In this document: piece by piece, positions 30,622-40,374 of the stretch
Layout: the number at the start of each line of letters is the position of its first letter
Position numbering within the stretch: the stretch's first letter is position 1
DNA from: an uncultured Pseudomonadota bacterium
GTDB lineage: Bacteria > Oederibacteriota > Muellerivitia > Muellerivitales > Muellerivitaceae
Assembly: GCA_963836235.1 (NCBI GenBank)
Contig: CAWIIP010000001.1
Coordinates: 480,001 to 544,000 of the forward strand
Direction: 5' to 3'
Length of the DNA stretch: 64,000 bases
The notes under the pieces: model-generated
Told to the model about the DNA's origin: nothing
The model's database searches: none
The model's input: only the letters and a program-made list of their open reading frames with translations
Made by a program: the position numbers and the translations under genes

Positions 30622-33600
30622 TCAGAACCGCGCTTCCGCGGAAACCTCACCCTGCCACAAGGTATAGCTCAACTGGGAATTCAGGTCGTTCGTGAAATAC
30701 TCGTTGGCCAGGCTGAGGCCGATACGCAAATTTTTGAGGGCGTTGTAATTGAGGTTGATTGTAGCACGGTACCTTTGGGATTGAACCTCGTTGTAAATGT
30801 AGGTCGATTGGTTATTGATGAATTCCATAAGGAAGACCGCTTGCAACTCGATGGCGTCCTGAAGCTTGATCTTTAAATGAGTGAAAGGGATATGGATCTC
30901 CCCGTTGGGAGCGAACTTCTGGTCATATTCGATGGAAGCTTGGTCGTCATACTGAAAGGTCGGAATATTCGTGGTGGACAATCCATTCTGGTAACCAATG
31001 GTGCGTTGGAGCTTGATGTTGCCCTGGGCTTTTTTATTGATGTCATAGGGCAGGGTGATCGTGTAGGTATCGCTTTCGGTGTCGTTGGAAATATTGGCCG
31101 AAGTCGGGTCCGGAACCGAGCTATCGTATTGGATGGTGCCCGTGTGGGTGTACTGAACTTGGGCGGAATCCAGGGAAAAATTCACCAAAGGAAGGGTCAA
31201 TATCTTTTTGTTATAAATGGTGGTCAGTCCCAGGGTGTCCCCATCCTGTTTGACGGGGTTTGTGCCCTGTGACAAAAGGCTTAACTGGTCGGTCCAAGAG
31301 CCCGTGGGCCGGAAATCCCAAACATCGAAAAGGCGGAAACTGGCGTTCAATTGGTGGGCTACGGACTGGTTGCCGGTTAAGGCGACGTCAAAAGCGGGGG
31401 TAGTCAGCCACCGCTCGTTGAAACTTAGAGGTCGGACTTGATCGATATCGGGAATGGCGGCTGTGCCGCTTTCGGTGAGCCCGCCGAAGATGGTTAGGTT
31501 CATTTTCTGGAACAAAGAGAACCAACTGCCGGGAGTCAAGTTGAGGGAATAATTCACGTTGTTGGCGTTGTTGAACCGGGTCCCATCCGGATAGGAAACA
31601 TAGTCGTATTGGTTGCTTCCCGTAAAATCCACCGCGGGAATGAGCCCCGGTATTCCCCGGTAAACCACCCCAATCTTAGGCTGATATCTTTGATTGAAGG
31701 GGGTATAGCCGGAAACACTACCGGGAACTCCGGGCGAATTGGTATTCCCCGTCGCGTCCACCAGGGTCAAAGTATAGCCGGGGGTAAAGACAAGGTTTTT
31801 CACCAATTCGGTGGTGTTCGTCCAAGAATAGTTTTGCGACCGGGTGGTCCGGTCATAGGAAGACAAGGTGATGTTGTCAAAATACTGGGTGTCGTGAGTC
31901 AAACTGTAACTTTCCGTGAATTGGTTCGCGCCCCATGGGATAAAGAAGAAATTTTTCGGCGCGTCATAAGTGGAAGCCAATGTTTCGATCACCTCACCCT
32001 TTTGGGTATTACCTTGAACCCCCGGCTGGCTGAGATAGGCATCTTCGTAGGTATCATTTTCATAATTGGTACTCCCAGATAAGCGGAGGGTAGTTAATCT
32101 CCCAAAACTGGGGCCCAGGTCCTTTGTATAGCTGATACTTCCAGTGGCGTTGTCAATACGGCTGTTTGGAAGGGAAATATAATAGGGATTATTGAGTAAG
32201 GCGGCTTCGGTATAGAGGTCCTGCCTCGTGATGGAAGCTTGCGTGACCAGGGGTTGTTTAAAAAGAGTCACTCCGCTGGAGGTAAAATCCCCCCCCCATT
32301 GGGTGGAATGTTGGAAGTGGGTGGAAGTTTGGTCTATTTCGGTGAAGCCCGAGTCCACCTCCCGGTAGCGGGTATTGATGGTGGCGAAGTTCTTCCCGAG
32401 AACAAAGGCCGCGTCGGCGCGCCGGGCCACGCCGCTTCGCACATTGGCATTGGCAACACGGAGGTTATTGATCCAAAGATCACCTGTGTGCCCTGTGGAG
32501 GGGGCAGTGGGCGAAATCACGCCAAAACTGATCTGGGTGGCACGGTTGATGTAAGGAGTTCCCACTTGGAGCCGATTCCCCGCCGAACCATTGATCGGAA
32601 CATCGACCGTCCCCCAATTGTACAAACAGCTGACCGCAGCGGTGTCTAATTGGATGTTGTATTGGTAATAGTCCGCTTGATCGTTTCCAATCCGGACAAA
32701 AAGAACGTCCCCCGGCCGGTAAGAAAGCATGTAAAGATCCATCCGGATATCATCGTAATCCGTAAAGTCCAAGCCCTGGCTGAAAATACGGGTGGCGTAA
32801 TAAGCAGGAAGACCGCCGTAAATATCCCCATTGGAAAGGTTGTAAGTGATTTCCAGGGATTTTTCCTGGTACAAAATGGCCGATTGGTCCTGGCCCGCCT
32901 GGACGGTAATAAAACGCAAAGAAGGCACGTAGCTTTGGTTTTGGTTCTGGCTGATGGAATTGACGTCAAATTTGGAACTGTTAACCGTAACAGGCTCAGT
33001 GGCAGCCACTGTCGGGTCCACGGCCAATTGCCACAAGTTGTGGCTGAAACTGATATTTTGAATGTAAAAGTCCCCGCTGATCGGGGTGGAATTGACTCCC
33101 GTGGTCCAAACCCGAACCGTCCGGATAATCGTCGGGTTGGCCGCCGCTGGATTTTGTGTATGGAAAAAATAGGTAGTCCCATCTGGGGTAGTCGTTTCGT
33201 TATCTGCCGCGGTATAACTCACTGGAACCTTGACTTGTTTCCATCCAGTCCAATTAGCTTCAAAGCCATATTCGTAATAGGCATTATTGGTATTTATAAT
33301 TCCCGTTCCATCCATATTTTCAGTTACATAGGTGGTTCCGGTGCCAACGCTGACTCCTTCTTGAGAGGACGTTTCACCACCAGCGAGTAGGTTTGTCGGG
33401 GGGGATCCGATAGGAATGATTCCAGTTGGAAATGGTATCTCTGAACTTCCAGTCCATGGATTACCAGGATAATAATAAGTGGGGATGCCATAATCTGGAT
33501 TTGCTTGGACTTGGGGGATCGCTGTCAGTCCTGTGTCATAGTCTAGTATTCCATTCCCGTTGGAATCCTCGTCGATTACCCCAAAATCCACCATGATCCA

Positions 33601-36600
33601 CTTCGGATTTCCGTCGTTATAAATCCAGGATTGTAAAAAACTAACGTTGGAGTAATCCGATCCATTGGCGGAAATGACCGACCTTACACCCGCCCACTGC
33701 TGGTTGGTCAAATTGGAATAGGGAAATTGAAGGACGGGAACGGCATCGTTCGGTTGCTGGGTGTTGGCAAAAGTTTCTCCCCCATAGGCTGCCCCAACAC
33801 TTAAATAGTTTGTATAGCTCGTTGCAACTTGAGTTGTCGTCCCTATGGTTTGAAAAATGGTCATGGTGGGGTTAGAGGCTCCCGCGTTGTAAAACCGGGT
33901 GCGGTTGTTTGTCGGACCCGAAGCTGACATTGGAACAATCGGTAAAAAACCAATCGGTTGAATCGGCGCCGATGAAACCAGCCAGCTGCTTTGGTTCATG
34001 GAGGGCCCCGACACGCTATCGATACCTTCCATGTTGTCCACCATCGCCACGCCGTTTTCTCCCTCAGCGCTAAAGGTATCGGGATTGTAAAAACTCTGAG
34101 CGACTTCCCCGGATAATTTGATAGCCAAGGGGGGTTTCCAATTTTCCAGTCCAGGAACGATACCGGTCAGGGATTGGACATCCTCCGATAAAAGATCAAG
34201 TTTCGCGTCCGCGTCAAAGAGGGTCAAGGAATTGGGCGTGGAACCGATTTGCGGAACGTCGATGGGTTGTTGGGCGTCGCTTTCCAGAAAGGTAGAACCG
34301 ATAAAAAAGTGGTCGTTCACGTCATATTCCGCGCGGGCTCCGAGAATGTTGTTCGCGCTAAATGTACCAAAGGGGGCGTATTCATAGGTTACGACGACCT
34401 GGCTTGCGGGGGTCAGGATGCTCTTGTCGACGAAATCCAGGAAGCCAGAAGTGTAATCGAAGGTATAGTCCACGTCCCGCCGCAGTTTTCGGCCGTCCAG
34501 AAAAACCGACTCACTTCCACGGATGATGTTGAACCGCCCCATCTGGAAGAAATTCAACTGCGTTGAATAGTGGATATGCACCGAATAGAGGCTGTTAGGA
34601 GTTGTGGTTTGGTCATAAACGTCCGCCGGAGTATTGCTGGAACTGGAACCACCCGTCGTATCCAGGTTGGCAAAGGGCCGTTCCGGCCAGAGAAAAGAAG
34701 TGGCCGCATTGGGTACCGGGGGAGTGGTTCCAGGTGCGATATAAAAATTAGAATTGCTGACCGTCAATACGTTTAAATCTAAATTTACGTCATAAATCCA
34801 AGGATTGGGGGCACCGACTGTTGAGACCCCTTGCCCCGTTTGAAGGACATTATTGGTGCCTTGGGAGATGACCTGAAACACGAAATTGGGATCTTGTTGG
34901 GGAGGGATAATCTTATCCGTTCCCAAACTGAAGTAATTCACCAGATAGTTGGGGCTCAAAGCCGTGGCGTTGACCGAAGTTCCCCCCGTGCTGTTGTTGT
35001 TATCCTTGATTAAATGTCCCTCAACTGTTTTTCCGCTTCCAGGAGGAATCCTTCCCACAATACCGTCGTCCGGCACATATAAAGTATCGGGGGTTAGATC
35101 AATAGTGGTGGTCGACCCCGTAGTGAAACCGACATTATGCCCGTCCTTAGTTTGGAAACAGACCGCGATTCGGCACGATACGGATAAACCTCGGATGAAA
35201 GTGATGATGCCGGTGGAATAATCGACCGTGTAATCCCGGCCCGGGAGCCAGTGCTCGAAAAGCCCGTTGAAATTAGGCCCAATGGGGTTGATCACTCCCG
35301 TTCCCGGATCCACCCAAATCTGTTCCGTATTATTCGCGGGGAGGGCCCCATTCACGATTTGTCCCGACGTGGGATCGGTATAGGGCCGATAATCCCGGGT
35401 GATGAGGAAATAGCGGTAAGGCACATAGCTGATATCCTGGATGTATTTATCGATTTGGGAGGCGTTTCCCTGGAAAACTTTCGTCTCCGAAATCCCTTTT
35501 GTTTGGGCGAAAAAGGTGGTCAAGTTGAATTGGTCGAATTTCATCTTGGCCTGGAGCCCGAATAATTGTTTACTGAAACCCGCGAATTCCGTGTTGGGGA
35601 GGACAAGCTGTAAGTCCCCGAAGTCGACTTCCTGGATGGCGCTGTCCGTGTCCCCATGGTACTTAATGGAAATATCCTGCTTGGTCTGATCCACGCCACC
35701 GGCCCTATTGACGTCGCTATAATCCACATTCACGTCGACATTCCTGCCCACTTTTCCCTGCAAGGTCACGACCAATTCCTGGTTGACTGTCGTGGTGTTC
35801 ACAGATGGCAAAACTCCGTTAATAGGTGGACGATCAAAATTTTGAAAAGCCAATAGGATATCGACTTTTTTATATCCCTGAATGGCAAGTGAGGTTTCGG
35901 CAGGGAGTTGGAGGTTAATTCCATTGGTATCGGGAATTTTCAGGACTTGCTCTTCTACGGGTGTCGGCTTGGGTTTTGGTTTTTGGGCCGCCGCCTTTTC
36001 TTCCGCGGACTGCGGTATTTCCATGCCTTCGGGGGTTGCTGTAATTTCATCGGAATAGGGGCTGACATTGCCCTGGGAATCGCTGGAAGCGATGACGTAG
36101 AAGTAATCTTCACCATTAAGAGGAGGGGAAAGGCTGCCTTGGGCCCCATCCAGGAAATAAGGGGCCGAAAGGGGTTTTATATTGACCTGTTTATAACCAA
36201 AACCCGGCGTGGTGGAGCGAAAAACATTGTAGGCCGTGACAGGCGAATTGGACGGTGCCGCCGCCCAGGAAAGATAAACGCCTTCTTTTAAAATCAACAC
36301 ACTTAACCCCGTGGGAGCGGCAGGCGGAGCATAACTGGCCGCGGCGGCGGCCGGGGTGGTAACCGATGATGAATTGGAATTAAGCGTCGTAACGGACTGT
36401 CCTTGGTTGTTGGTGGATACAGTGGTTCCTTGTGATGGTGATGAACCCGCCGCACTTGTGTTGGATTGGGCTTCGATAGCGTCCAATATTTGGATCTCTT
36501 CTTGAGGGCTTACCGATAAATCGGTGGTGGGTGCCGAAGCGCTTTGGGCAGGGGTTGCCGGGACAGTGGAAGAGATTGTAGCGACCGGTGTTTGGGCTTC

Positions 36601-36708
36601 AAGTCTCGGAGTCGTCAAAACCATCAAAAAAAAGGCAAGCAGGCACCACAGACGCCAATGATTTTTGGCGGTGGTTATTGAATAACAGTGCCTATTGGGA
36701 AACCACAT
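30622..36708 (-). CDS. SprA/Sov-like very large outer-membrane beta-barrel protein (T9SS translocon-like) with an extra N-terminal FN3 domain
   Basis: Signal peptide, S/T/P linker and FN3. Then SprA-like motifs LQGKVG..VNVDY..IKYHG..IQEVDFGD..LFGLQAK, NIIRGSESVFLDGRKLRRDVDYTFDYTSG, ILGARAEY, VDNMEG, EDSNGNGILD and DLWINNL. Long amphipathic beta-strand C-terminal half ending in Phe (VSAEARF). Confidence 0.72.
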   Translation of the reverse strand: MWFPNRHCYSITTAKNHWRLWCLLAFFLMVLTTPRLEAQTPVATISSTVPATPAQSASAPTTDLSVSPQEEIQILDAIEAQSNTSAAGSSPSQGTTVSTNNQGQSVTTLNSNSSSVTTPAAAAASYAPPAAPTGLSVLILKEGVYLSWAAAPSNSPVTAYNVFRSTTPGFGYKQVNIKPLSAPYFLDGAQGSLSPPLNGEDYFYVIASSDSQGNVSPYSDEITATPEGMEIPQSAEEKAAAQKPKPKPTPVEEQVLKIPDTNGINLQLPAETSLAIQGYKKVDILLAFQNFDRPPINGVLPSVNTTTVNQELVVTLQGKVGRNVDVNVDYSDVNRAGGVDQTKQDISIKYHGDTDSAIQEVDFGDLQLVLPNTEFAGFSKQLFGLQAKMKFDQFNLTTFFAQTKGISETKVFQGNASQIDKYIQDISYVPYRYFLITRDYRPYTDPTSGQIVNGALPANNTEQIWVDPGTGVINPIGPNFNGLFEHWLPGRDYTVDYSTGIITFIRGLSVSCRIAVCFQTKDGHNVGFTTGSTTTIDLTPDTLYVPDDGIVGRIPPGSGKTVEGHLIKDNNNSTGGTSVNATALSPNYLVNYFSLGTDKIIPPQQDPNFVFQVISQGTNNVLQTGQGVSTVGAPNPWIYDVNLDLNVLTVSNSNFYIAPGTTPPVPNAATSFLWPERPFANLDTTGGSSSSNTPADVYDQTTTPNSLYSVHIHYSTQLNFFQMGRFNIIRGSESVFLDGRKLRRDVDYTFDYTSGFLDFVDKSILTPASQVVVTYEYAPFGTFSANNILGARAEYDVNDHFFIGSTFLESDAQQPIDVPQIGSTPNSLTLFDADAKLDLLSEDVQSLTGIVPGLENWKPPLAIKLSGEVAQSFYNPDTFSAEGENGVAMVDNMEGIDSVSGPSMNQSSWLVSSAPIQPIGFLPIVPMSASGPTNNRTRFYNAGASNPTMTIFQTIGTTTQVATSYTNYLSVGAAYGGETFANTQQPNDAVPVLQFPYSNLTNQQWAGVRSVISANGSDYSNVSFLQSWIYNDGNPKWIMVDFGVIDEDSNGNGILDYDTGLTAIPQVQANPDYGIPTYYYPGNPWTGSSEIPFPTGIIPIGSPPTNLLAGGETSSQEGVSVGTGTTYVTENMDGTGIINTNNAYYEYGFEANWTGWKQVKVPVSYTAADNETTTPDGTTYFFHTQNPAAANPTIIRTVRVWTTGVNSTPISGDFYIQNISFSHNLWQLAVDPTVAATEPVTVNSSKFDVNSISQNQNQSYVPSLRFITVQAGQDQSAILYQEKSLEITYNLSNGDIYGGLPAYYATRIFSQGLDFTDYDDIRMDLYMLSYRPGDVLFVRIGNDQADYYQYNIQLDTAAVSCLYNWGTVDVPINGSAGNRLQVGTPYINRATQISFGVISPTAPSTGHTGDLWINNLRVANANVRSGVARRADAAFVLGKNFATINTRYREVDSGFTEIDQTSTHFQHSTQWGGDFTSSGVTLFKQPLVTQASITRQDLYTEAALLNNPYYISLPNSRIDNATGSISYTKDLGPSFGRLTTLRLSGSTNYENDTYEDAYLSQPGVQGNTQKGEVIETLASTYDAPKNFFFIPWGANQFTESYSLTHDTQYFDNITLSSYDRTTRSQNYSWTNTTELVKNLVFTPGYTLTLVDATGNTNSPGVPGSVSGYTPFNQRYQPKIGVVYRGIPGLIPAVDFTGSNQYDYVSYPDGTRFNNANNVNYSLNLTPGSWFSLFQKMNLTIFGGLTESGTAAIPDIDQVRPLSFNERWLTTPAFDVALTGNQSVAHQLNASFRLFDVWDFRPTGSWTDQLSLLSQGTNPVKQDGDTLGLTTIYNKKILTLPLVNFSLDSAQVQYTHTGTIQYDSSVPDPTSANISNDTESDTYTITLPYDINKKAQGNIKLQRTIGYQNGLSTTNIPTFQYDDQASIEYDQKFAPNGEIHIPFTHLKIKLQDAIELQAVFLMEFINNQSTYIYNEVQSQRYRATINLNYNALKNLRIGLSLANEYFTNDLNSQLSYTLWQGEVSAEARF

Positions 36709-36820
36709 ACATCAATCCTTTTAAAAACTCGCGAGAAATCGTTATACCCAAAATAAAAAAATAGGCCCCCGGAAATTATTTTCCATTTCTTGTCACCACA
36801 AAAATTATTTTTCATGGCCT

Positions 36821-37570
36821 TCAATCCAAGTCTAATACCTTTTTCAAGTCATCCAATCGTTCCCGGCTGACAGGTAACCGGGTTTTGCCGGGATCGGCTA
36901 AAACCGCCAAATACTTTCGGTCACCTTCATGCTCCAATTCCTTGAGGAAATCCATATTGATGATGGCGCTGCGATGGATCCGCAAGAAGCGTCCGGTATC
37001 CAGCCTTTGGGCCAAAGTATCGAGACTATCATCCGCGAGAAGTTCCTGGCCTTCGACTAAAATAACGGCGTAATGGTCCCGCGCGATCACCGCGGAAACC
37101 TGAGTGGGATCAAATACCCGGTATTTAGACCCGCACTTAACCGCCATCCGCCGTTTCGCCCGTCCTTCTTCCAGCTTTTCAAGAAACCGCTGTAAGTTGG
37201 CCAATGGGGCTGGATTTTTTTGTTTCCGGACTCTTTCGATGGTTTCTGACAATCTTTCGGGGGAAACTGGCTTCACCAAGTAATCCAGCGCTGAAAGCTC
37301 AAAAGCCTTCAATGCGTGCTCACTGTAAGCCGTGACAAAAACAACCGCGGGGCCCTCAGTTCCCCAAGCTTCCGCCACTTCCAAACCGTTCAATTCTGGC
37401 ATTTCAATATCGAGAAAGGCTAGGTCCGGTTTTAGGTTTTCGGCAACCTGGAGGGCTTCCAATCCGTTGGCGGCCTCGGAAACCACTTGGATATCCTTGA
37501 AGTCAGAAAGCATCCTGACCAAACGGGAACGGGCCGGGGCTTCATCATCAACAATCAATACTCTGATCAT
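36821..37570 (-). CDS. LytTR-family response regulator
   Basis: IVDDEAPAR, FLDIEMP, FVTAY, DYLVKP, and LytTR motifs FLRIHRSAIIN and LPVSR. Confidence 0.95.
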   Translation of the reverse strand: MIRVLIVDDEAPARSRLVRMLSDFKDIQVVSEAANGLEALQVAENLKPDLAFLDIEMPELNGLEVAEAWGTEGPAVVFVTAYSEHALKAFELSALDYLVKPVSPERLSETIERVRKQKNPAPLANLQRFLEKLEEGRAKRRMAVKCGSKYRVFDPTQVSAVIARDHYAVILVEGQELLADDSLDTLAQRLDTGRFLRIHRSAIINMDFLKELEHEGDRKYLAVLADPGKTRLPVSRERLDDLKKVLDLD

Positions 37571-38718
37571 ATTTCCACCTCATCCGAAAAATCGGCGGGA
37601 ATCATGGGCAAACTTAAAAGAACCCTTGATCCCCCATTTTCCCGTGGTTTGATCTCCATCTTTCCTTCTTCTCCAAAACCCAATTCCAACCTTTTTCTGC
37701 AATTTTCCAAAGCCGTCCCCGACCCCGCGTAATGCGAATTTCCAAAGCCCACGCCATCATCCTCCACGCTTAAATTCATTATTCCGCCAGCGACGCCAGC
37801 ATTGATCCAAAGATGGCCTCCCGTCGCTCGGGATGAAAGACCGTGCTTGACGGCATTTTCAACTAAAGGTTGGAGCAATAAAACCGGAATAAAGAACCGA
37901 CTTGGATCCAACCCCTTTTCAATCACAATATGGGTTTGCAAACGCGATCCAAACCTGGCTTTTTCGATATCGAGATAGTCTCTGCAAAACTCCAGTTCCT
38001 TTTCCAAGGAATGATGAGTTTTCCGCGTTGCCGTTAAAACCCCTTGAAAAAGTGTGGAAAGCTTAACCACGACTTGCTCCGCCTTGGCCGGATCGGCCGG
38101 TATCAGGGAAGCAACGGTATTTAATGTGTTAAAGAGGAAATGCGGATTCATTTGATCTTTTAACTTGGTCAAGACGGCCTGAAGTCTCTCTTTTTCCAGT
38201 TCTTCCGCCCTCAGTTGATTACGTTGGGCCGAGTCGCGTAAATCCTGCCAGGACATAAACAAAAAACAAATTAGCAATAGCGCCCAAACCCAGAAAATCT
38301 CTGTTCCGTAATATTCCCATTGAAAGGTTGGGGCGATTGGCGCGCCGGCGTAAACAAGATTAATCCCGGCGACCATAACGTGAAGAGCCGCGAATAATCC
38401 TGGGGGGGCCAAAAAGGCCAGAAAAAACATATACCAACCCGTTCCGTGATGCGGTTGGTTTTTTGATGTTTTCACTACCCATATTTTTTCAACTAACAGA
38501 TATGTGCGGATCACCGACAAGCCCAGAAAACAAACAAGTGTAGCTTCCAAAAAGTTCCAGCACCAACGAAAAAGGATCGAAGCAAGAGAATGGTTTCCCA
38601 ATACGATGGTGACAATTAAAGTCCAAAGGGGATTCCAAACAAGAAGCAACTTTCCACCTGAAACCAAGAAAGATTTCTCAAAATCCAAAAAGAATACTTT
38701 CTGTAATTCTTTGTTCAT
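37567..38718 (-). CDS. LytS/YehU-family sensor histidine kinase (4 TM)
   Basis: QMNPHFLFNTLN, LLQPLVENAVKHG, VEDDGVG, GTALEN..RL; about four TM helices. Start set at ATG 38718 (38853 also possible). ATGA overlap with the regulator. Confidence 0.9.
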   Translation of the reverse strand: MNKELQKVFFLDFEKSFLVSGGKLLLVWNPLWTLIVTIVLGNHSLASILFRWCWNFLEATLVCFLGLSVIRTYLLVEKIWVVKTSKNQPHHGTGWYMFFLAFLAPPGLFAALHVMVAGINLVYAGAPIAPTFQWEYYGTEIFWVWALLLICFLFMSWQDLRDSAQRNQLRAEELEKERLQAVLTKLKDQMNPHFLFNTLNTVASLIPADPAKAEQVVVKLSTLFQGVLTATRKTHHSLEKELEFCRDYLDIEKARFGSRLQTHIVIEKGLDPSRFFIPVLLLQPLVENAVKHGLSSRATGGHLWINAGVAGGIMNLSVEDDGVGFGNSHYAGSGTALENCRKRLELGFGEEGKMEIKPRENGGSRVLLSLPMIPADFSDEVEI

Positions 38719-39210
38719 CGACCATTCTTTCCGTTGGATGGTGCCTTTGGATCTAAGAGTTGAAAAGCGGGAGGCTTCACCAGGAACAGACCCCACCTTC
38801 GAGATAATAGCAACCCTTGGAAAGTTCCACGGGCTAATTTTGGCCTTTTCCATTCTATATTCCTTATTTTTTACGGGAGGGAGGCATTGGAAAATAACGC
38901 CGGACCGATCTTTCAATCGGTCCGGACGCTGCCCAATATCAGCCCGTCCACCACCAGTTGAATCCGGAAGGCGGGGGGCTGATGCCCTGTAGTAAAAATA
39001 TCGCATCTTAGTGTCGAAAGATCCGAGGAACTCTCGAATGGACGGAAAAGGGACCTAAAATGGCGAAAATCCTATGTTATACTGACGCCGATTGCAGCTA
39101 TCAGCCCCCAGTCTTCGATCAAAAGCCTAACGCCAATTTTACTGAAGGCCAGGCACTTTAACATCAATCTATTCCCGGCCGCAGAAGGCCCTATTGCGCA
39201 AGGATTTTGG

Positions 39211-40374
39211 ATGAAAACCATCTACCGTTATGTCCTCATGGAAATGTTGCCGTCTTTCCTTTTATGCGTCGCCATCCTGACTTTTTTATTTATGACCAAC
39301 AAAATTTTCTTGTCCTTGGACTTAGTTCTCAATAAAAAAGTTTCCATTTCCGAGACTCTACTTTTATATCTCAGTCTCCTACCTTTAATACTTTCTTTGA
39401 CCATCCCCATGGCCATGATGGTAGGAACACTCCTCGCTTTCGGGCGATTAAGTTCCGATATGGAAGTCACGGCCTTCAAAAGCGGCGGAGGACACATATT
39501 TCACCTCATTTCCCCAATCTTGGTCTTTGGACTTCTCATGACCTGTCTGATGCTTTACTTCAACGATAAGGTCCTACCGGCCGCGCAGTTCATGGTTAAG
39601 AAAATTGAATTTAATATCATCAAAAAAAAGGCGGACGTGGCCATCCGAGAACGGGTTTTCATCGACCAGTTTGAGGGTCACCAGTTTTATATCGACCGGC
39701 GGGATCCAGACGGTCTTTTTTCTGACGTGAAGGTCTTCGACCATTGGTCTTCAAAACCTTCCGTACAAACAACTTTGGCTAAGACTGGTACGTTAGATAC
39801 AGATCAGAAATCCTATCAGGTTTTTTTCCACTTGAATAACGGCGTCATGAGTTGGGATAACAATCATTACAACACTTACAATCAGCTTTACTTTCAACAC
39901 TACATCATCCGGCTAAAACTAGAAAATCAATTGGCTGGACTCACTGATATCAAAAAGGATTACGAGGAAATGGATTTGCGCGAAATCAAACAATCTATCC
40001 CCGTGGAAACCGATCCTGGGCGGTTGAATTATTTAAAAACAGAATATCAAAAACGCCTTGCTCTCCCATTTGCTTGTTTAGTACTAACCTGGTTTTGCGC
40101 CCCCCTGGGTCTTTGGACCCGTTCCAAGGGATTTATGGGATTTGTATTGGGGCTCGCCATGATTTTTGTTTACTACTTAATGTTCATTTTCGGCCAGACT
40201 TTAAGCAATGTAGGAAAGGTCAATCCTTTTTGGGGTCTTTGGGGCGCCAATATAATTCTGGGCTTTGCGGGTTTTGTGATTTATTACATTGTCGTCTCAG
40301 AACATTCCGCCTTCAAACACTCTGTTCGATCCAGTCGAAAAAAACATCCGGTCGAAAAGCTGACCTTTAAATGA
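39211..40374 (+). CDS. lptF: LPS export ABC transporter permease LptF
   Basis: YjgP/YjgQ pattern: RYVLME..F, GRLSSDMEVTAFKSGG, three TM plus periplasmic jellyroll plus three TM, KRLALPFAC. Confidence 0.88.
   Translation: MKTIYRYVLMEMLPSFLLCVAILTFLFMTNKIFLSLDLVLNKKVSISETLLLYLSLLPLILSLTIPMAMMVGTLLAFGRLSSDMEVTAFKSGGGHIFHLISPILVFGLLMTCLMLYFNDKVLPAAQFMVKKIEFNIIKKKADVAIRERVFIDQFEGHQFYIDRRDPDGLFSDVKVFDHWSSKPSVQTTLAKTGTLDTDQKSYQVFFHLNNGVMSWDNNHYNTYNQLYFQHYIIRLKLENQLAGLTDIKKDYEEMDLREIKQSIPVETDPGRLNYLKTEYQKRLALPFACLVLTWFCAPLGLWTRSKGFMGFVLGLAMIFVYYLMFIFGQTLSNVGKVNPFWGLWGANIILGFAGFVIYYIVVSEHSAFKHSVRSSRKKHPVEKLTFK

Noticed and set aside
25899-36291. Many plus-strand ORFs of 60-250 aa within the FN3 and sprA-like genes
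   Set aside because: They lie antisense to long coherent minus-strand genes and have no recognisable motifs.
38777-38830. Tiny Cys-containing ORF (VELSKGCYYLEGGVCSW) as a possible signalling peptide for the LytS/LytTR pair
   Set aside because: GTG start with no RBS, no leader peptide and no processing or export gene nearby; it overlaps a likely -10 element.
38719-39006. 96-aa N-terminal extension of the LytS kinase in the ORF track
   Set aside because: It overlaps promoter-like and repeat elements and does not look like protein; the start is more plausibly 38718 (or 38853).
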